Shown here: in pieces, positions 63,328-64,000 of the stretch
Numbering within the stretch: position 1 is the first letter of the stretch
Layout of the letters: each line of letters begins with the position of its first letter
Origin: Lama guanicoe
Lineage: Eukaryota
Direction: 5' to 3'
NCBI GenBank assembly: GCA_013239625.1
Contig: MU054001.1
Location: 310,001 to 374,000 of the forward strand
DNA: 64,000 bases
Position numbers and translations under genes: made by a program
The notes under the pieces: model-generated
What the model saw: only the letters and a program-made list of their open reading frames with translations
Database searches by the model: none
Told to the model about the DNA's origin: nothing

Positions 63328-64000
63328 GCTGTACCAGGGAGGGCTTCCTGGAAAAGAGGAACCTTATCTTTAAAGCATCAGTTACAGTGTACATACCATT
63401 TTTATATGTAGTATCTTATTTAATTTTTATAACAATCTTGTGAGGTAGACAATTTATAGATGAGGAGATGGGGAACAGAGAGGCTGGGTGGCCTGCAGGA
63501 GGCAGCACAGAGCACCAGAGAGGTCACAGGACTCAGGGTCTGCTGACTTGGATTTGAATCTTAGCAGGGCATCGGCTTCATGCACTGGTGATGCCCTTGG
63601 CACATTATACCACACGTATTAAAAGGGCCAGTCATTTCCCATTTAATATAAGTTAACCATCTAAGAGTTTGGTTGGGATGCCTTTAACTGGGTGACATAG
63701 TGTGTGTATGTGAGATATATAAATATAGATATAGATACAGATATAATCTCTTGCAGATGCTTTTACGATTTTTGTCCTCACCTCTGGTTTCCAATAGTTA
63801 TTTTATGATATGTGTTTTTCTTTGTATTTAATCTGTTTGCAGTTTGTAGCACACCTTGAACATATCTCTTGATGTCTTTTGCAGTCTGGCCAAATTCTCA
63901 GCCATTATCTTTCTAAATACTGCTTTTTCTCTAGTCTCTATTGTTCTCCCTTCCTAGATATTTTTAGACTGGATATTTTCTACCCACATACTTTCCAGAT

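Overview
Mammalian non-coding DNA (intergenic or deep intronic) with no recognisable host protein-coding exon. The only protein-like ORFs are decayed LINE-1 ORF2 fragments. The repeat content (MIR, L2, MLT1/ERVL LTRs, MER20/MER53/MER94, old and younger L1s, and five tRNA-Ala(AGC)-derived SINEs resembling the camelid vic-1 family, with no Alu, B1/B2, Bov-tA or Can-SINE seen) suggests a camelid genome; this is an inference. Main observations: (1) an intact-looking tRNA-Ala(AGC) gene that sits with its own 5' and 3' flanks inside an MLT1 LTR; (2) a U11 minor-spliceosome snRNA retrocopy with a 3' extension containing a 3'-box-like motif, at the centre of a multi-layer nested L1 insertion; (3) a ~300 bp inverted duplication with copies ~16 kb apart that spans a MIR / unique spacer / LTR junction; (4) a ~100 bp direct duplication flanking a strong CTCF motif; (5) an L1 reverse transcriptase whose FADD motif reads FAGG through clustered A>G changes; (6) many repeat-free blocks with PBX-HOX/MEIS/POU/FOX motifs, suggesting a developmental-enhancer landscape. 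Repeat names and boundaries were assigned by eye from remembered consensus sequences and are approximate. No novel multi-gene system can be demonstrated from the sequence.
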